The position numbers and the translations under genes were made by a program. This document shows positions 60,355-64,000 of a stretch of DNA of 64,000 bases, one piece after another (the stretch's first letter is position 1; each line of letters starts with the position of its first letter). This DNA is from Squalus acanthias. Taxonomy: Eukaryota. The stretch lies in contig CM059432.1 of assembly GCA_030390025.1 (NCBI GenBank), positions 111,230,001 to 111,294,000 of the forward strand. The letters are read 5' to 3'. The notes under the pieces are model-generated. The model had not been told where the DNA came from. It searched no databases and was given only the letters and a program-made list of their open reading frames with translations.

Positions 60355-62725
60355 AAGAAAAAGAAAGACTTGCATTTATATAACGCCTTTCACGACCACC
60401 GGACGTCTCAAAGCACTTTACAGCCAATGAAGTACTTTTGGAGTGTAGTCACTACTGTAATGTGGGAAATGCAGCAGCCAATTTGCACACAGCAAGCTCC
60501 CACAAACAGCAATGTGATAATAGAATCATAGAAAGTTACAGCACAGAAGGAGGCCATTTCGGCCCATCGTGTCCGCACCGGCCAACAAAGAGCTATCCAG
60601 CCTAATCTCACTTCCCAGCACTTGGTCCATAGCCCTGCAGGTTACAGCATCCCAAGTGCACATCCAAGTACTTTTTAAATGTGGTTAGGGTTCCTGCCTC
60701 TACCACCTTCTCAGGCAGTGAGTTCCAGACCCCCACAACCCTCTGGGTGAAGAAATTTCCCCTCAAATCCCCTCTAAACCTTCCACCAATTACTTTAAAT
60801 CTGTGCCCCCTGGTTTTTGACCCCTCTGCTAAGGGAAATAGGTCCTTTCTATCCACTTTATCTAGGCCCCTCATAATTTTATACACCTCAATAAGTTCTC
60901 CCCTCAGCTTCCTCTGTTCCAAGGAAAACAAACCCAGCCTATCCAGTCTTTCCTCATAGCTAAGATTCTCTACTCCCGGCAACATCCTTGTAAATCTCCT
61001 CTGTACCCTCTCTCGTGCAATCACATCTTTCCAGTAATGTGGTGGCCAGAACTGCACGCAGTACTCTAGCTGAGGCCTAACTAGTGTTTTATACAGTTGA
61101 AGCATAACCCCCCTGCTCTTGTACTCTATGCCACGGCTAATAAAGGCAAACATTCCGTATGCCTTCTTAACCACCTTATCTACCTGGCCTGCTACCTTCA
61201 GGGATCTGTGGACATGCACTCCAAGGTCCCTTTGTTCCTCTACACTACTCAGTGTCCTACCATTTAATGTGTATTCACTTTTCTTGTTAGCCCTCCCCAA
61301 ATGCATTACCTCACACTTCTCCGGATTGAATTCCATTTGCCACTGTTCTGCCCACCTGACCAATTTATTGATATCTTCCTGCAGTCTACAGCTTCCTTCT
61401 TCAGTATCAACCACACAGCCGATTTTAGTATCATCTGCAAACTTCTTAATCATACCCCCTATATTCAAGTCTAGATCATTGATATATACCACAAAAAGCG
61501 AGGGACCTAGTACTGAGCCCTGCGGAACCCCACTGGAAACAGCCTTCCAGTCACAAAAACACCCATCAACCATTACCCTCTGCTTCCTGCCTCCGAGCCA
61601 GTTTTGAATCAAACTTGACACTTTGCCCTGGATCCCATGGGCTTTTAACTTCGTGACCAGTCTGCCATGTGGAACCCTATCAAAAGCCATGCCAAAGTCC
61701 ATATACACTACATCAAATGCACTACCCTCATCTACCCTCCTTGTTACCTCCTCAAAAAATTCAATCATGTATGTCAGACACGACCTTCCCTTAACAAATC
61801 CATGTTGACTATCCTTGATTAATCCTTGTCTTTCTAAATGAGGATTTATCCTGTCCTTCAGAATTCTTTCCAATAATTTTCCCACCACCGAGGTTAGGCT
61901 GACTGGCCTGTAATTACTCGGTCTATCCTTTTCTCCCTTTTTAAACAAGGGTACCACATTACCAGTCCTCCAGTCCTCCGGCACCACACCTGAAGCCAGA
62001 GAGGATTGGAAAATGATGGTCAGGGCCTCTGCTATTTCCTCTTTTGCTTCGCTTAACAGCCTGGGATACATTTCATACGGGCCTGGGGATTTATCCACTT
62101 TTAAAGCTGCTAAACCCCTTAATATTTCCTCTCTCACTATATTTATTTCATCTAATATCTCACACTCCTCCTCCCTGATAGCAATGTCTGCTTCGCTCCT
62201 CTCCTTTGTGAAAATAGACGCAAAGTATTCATTAAGAACCCTACCGACGTCTCCCGCCTCCACACACAGATTACCCTCATGATCTCTAAAAGGCCCTACC
62301 CTTTCTTTAGTTATCCTCTTACTCTTAATATATTTATAAAACATCTTGATTTTACTTGCCAAGAATTTTTCATGCTCTCTCTTTGCTTTCCTAATATCCT
62401 TTTTAATTGCACCCCTGTACTTTCTGTACTCTTCTAAAGATTCTGCAGTGTTTAGCCCTCGGTATCTGTCATACACCTCCCTTTTTTTCTTTATCCTTCC
62501 CTTTATGTCCCTAGATATCCAGGGGACTCTAGATTTGACCAGATAATCTGTTTTTGTTATGTTGATTGAGGGATAAATATTAGCCTGGACACCGGGGATA
62601 ACTCCCCTGCTCTTCTTCAAAATAGTGTCATGGAATTTTTTACGTCCACCTGAGAGAGCAGACGGCACCTCTGAAAGTGCAGCACTCCCTCAGCACTGCA
62701 CTGGAGTGTCAGCCTAGATTTATGT
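60355..62725 (-). mobile_element. DeuSINE-like SINE split into 60355-60520 and 62537-62725 by a CR1
   Basis: Deu-like segment gcagcactccctcagcactgcactggagtgtcagcc. L2-like tail aaaggcgttatataaatgcaag on the minus strand. Confidence 0.7.
60521..62536 (-). mobile_element. CR1 LINE, 5'-truncated, uninterrupted RT frame to 60608
   Basis: KSPGP, NYRPVSL, QHGF, GVPQGSVLGP, FADD. (ATTCTATG) tail. Confidence 0.96.
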
Positions 62726-62859
62726 AGGCTAGACAAAGTTACCTTCAAAATTAAGTAACTGAATAACAGATCAAAGTCACAGCAGCTAAGTCTTACAGGT
62801 GCCAGTGTAGTTCAGTTGTCTAGATGGCAGAGAATTACAGCAAATTTAACCCTTTGAGC

Positions 62860-63325
62860 TTTGGTATAATTCTGGAGAATCTGTAATCCTCTCCAAAGCC
62901 AATATATCCTTCCTGAGGTGCGGTGCTCAAAACTGAACGCAGTCCTCCAAATGGGGTCTGACCAAGGCTCGAGACAACTGAAGCATAACTTCCTCCTGTT
63001 TGTATTCCAGTTCCCTTGAGATGAAAACTAACATTCCATTAGCCTTTTTGATTACTTTTTGTACCTGTGCACTATCTCTTAGTGATTTGTGTACCTGGAC
63101 ACCCAAATCCCTTTCCTCCTCCACAGGTTCTCGTCTCTTGCCATGAAGAAAATATTCCGATTTGTCATTCTTGGATCCAAAGTGGAATCCCCATCTTGAA
63201 CTCAATCTGCCACAGTATTATCCACTCACTTAATCTGTTAATGTTCTTTTGCAATTTTCTGCTCCCATCTACACAACGTACTGTGCCTCCTAATTTAGTG
63301 ACATCAGCAAACTTGGTTATACAAC
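62860..63325 (-). mobile_element. CR1 RT fragment
   Basis: KFADVTKLGG, RDLGVQVH, LVRPHLE. Confidence 0.85.
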
Positions 63326-63330
63326 TCTTT

Positions 63331-64000
63331 GGCCGGGAATTGAAGCCATTAGTACCGGCCATTAAGGCCAGTTTGAAAGAAAAAATGGCGGCCGCCTCGC
63401 TTGCGGCACAGAACGCGGCGACCGCCGTTTTTGGCAGGTCGGCAGTGCTGCCGTTGCCTGCGCTCGCTTCCCATATTTAAATGATCCAGATCATGACGTC
63501 AATCAGCGTGCAACGCCTGCAATGACACACGATCTGGGATTTTTGACGTCGCCGCTCTTAATGATATCCTCTCTAAACCACGCACGGCAGAACGTGCGTG
63601 CAGCAGTACAATGGAGCCGCTGCCAGCGCTTCTTGAAGGGACACACACAACTTTCAGGTAAGTTTAGATTTTTGCTTTTGGACTGGTTTCTGTACAGTTT
63701 ATTGGAGTAGTGGGTGAGGTGAAGCTAGTAATGTGAGGTGTGCCTCATGTTTGGTAGAGATTGTTGGTAAGTGAGTGATGGGGGTGTCATGCATTGAGCA
63801 GTATGTGAGGCTAGTGGTGCAGATGGTAGGAGACGGCTTTTGAAGATGCATTCACTGACCTTGACCACTGGTCTGAGGTCATGAAACATTTTTGGGCACT
63901 GGAGCCGGGTCCTGGGGGCGACACTGCTGGCAGTGACTGCCTTGGCGATCTGATCCCACATCCTTCTTTCTAAAGGCCTCCTGGCCCCTGTGGGTAGAGG
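63331..64000 (-). mobile_element. Non-autonomous Harbinger, runs off the window
   Basis: Start matches reverse complement of 42320-42370. WDQIAKAV..QCPKMFHDL. Confidence 0.78.

Noticed and set aside
60608..62668. 686-aa ORF as a complete gene
   Set aside because: The first 44 or so codons come from the flanking SINE. The rest is a 5'-truncated CR1 ORF2 without an endonuclease.

Overview
Eukaryotic, repeat-saturated non-genic DNA. By inference it comes from a cartilaginous fish (shark/ray), based on the CR1/L2/RTE LINEs, V-SINE- and DeuSINE-like SINEs and abundant PIF/Harbinger transposons. I could not support any intact host gene. Most of the window is nested mobile elements: several two-gene Harbinger elements (HARBI1-like DDE transposase plus a convergent, three-exon Myb/SANT-like gene), their MITEs, many CR1 copies, L2, RTE, SINEs and Penelope-type hairpins. 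The most notable observations are: (1) a 3.2-kb APE-RT retrotransposon with a tRNA-like Pol III promoter head, no ORF1, no in-frame AUG before the endonuclease and no sense-strand TTTT, a candidate Pol III-transcribed autonomous LINE; (2) three short hairpin insertions with 12-15 bp target duplications, one carrying an intact minimal hammerhead ribozyme core; (3) a MITE family present beside its parent element, with the deletion breakpoint visible; (4) a 16-kb multi-level nest and locally templated duplications. Coordinates were read by eye; boundaries of degenerate copies are approximate.
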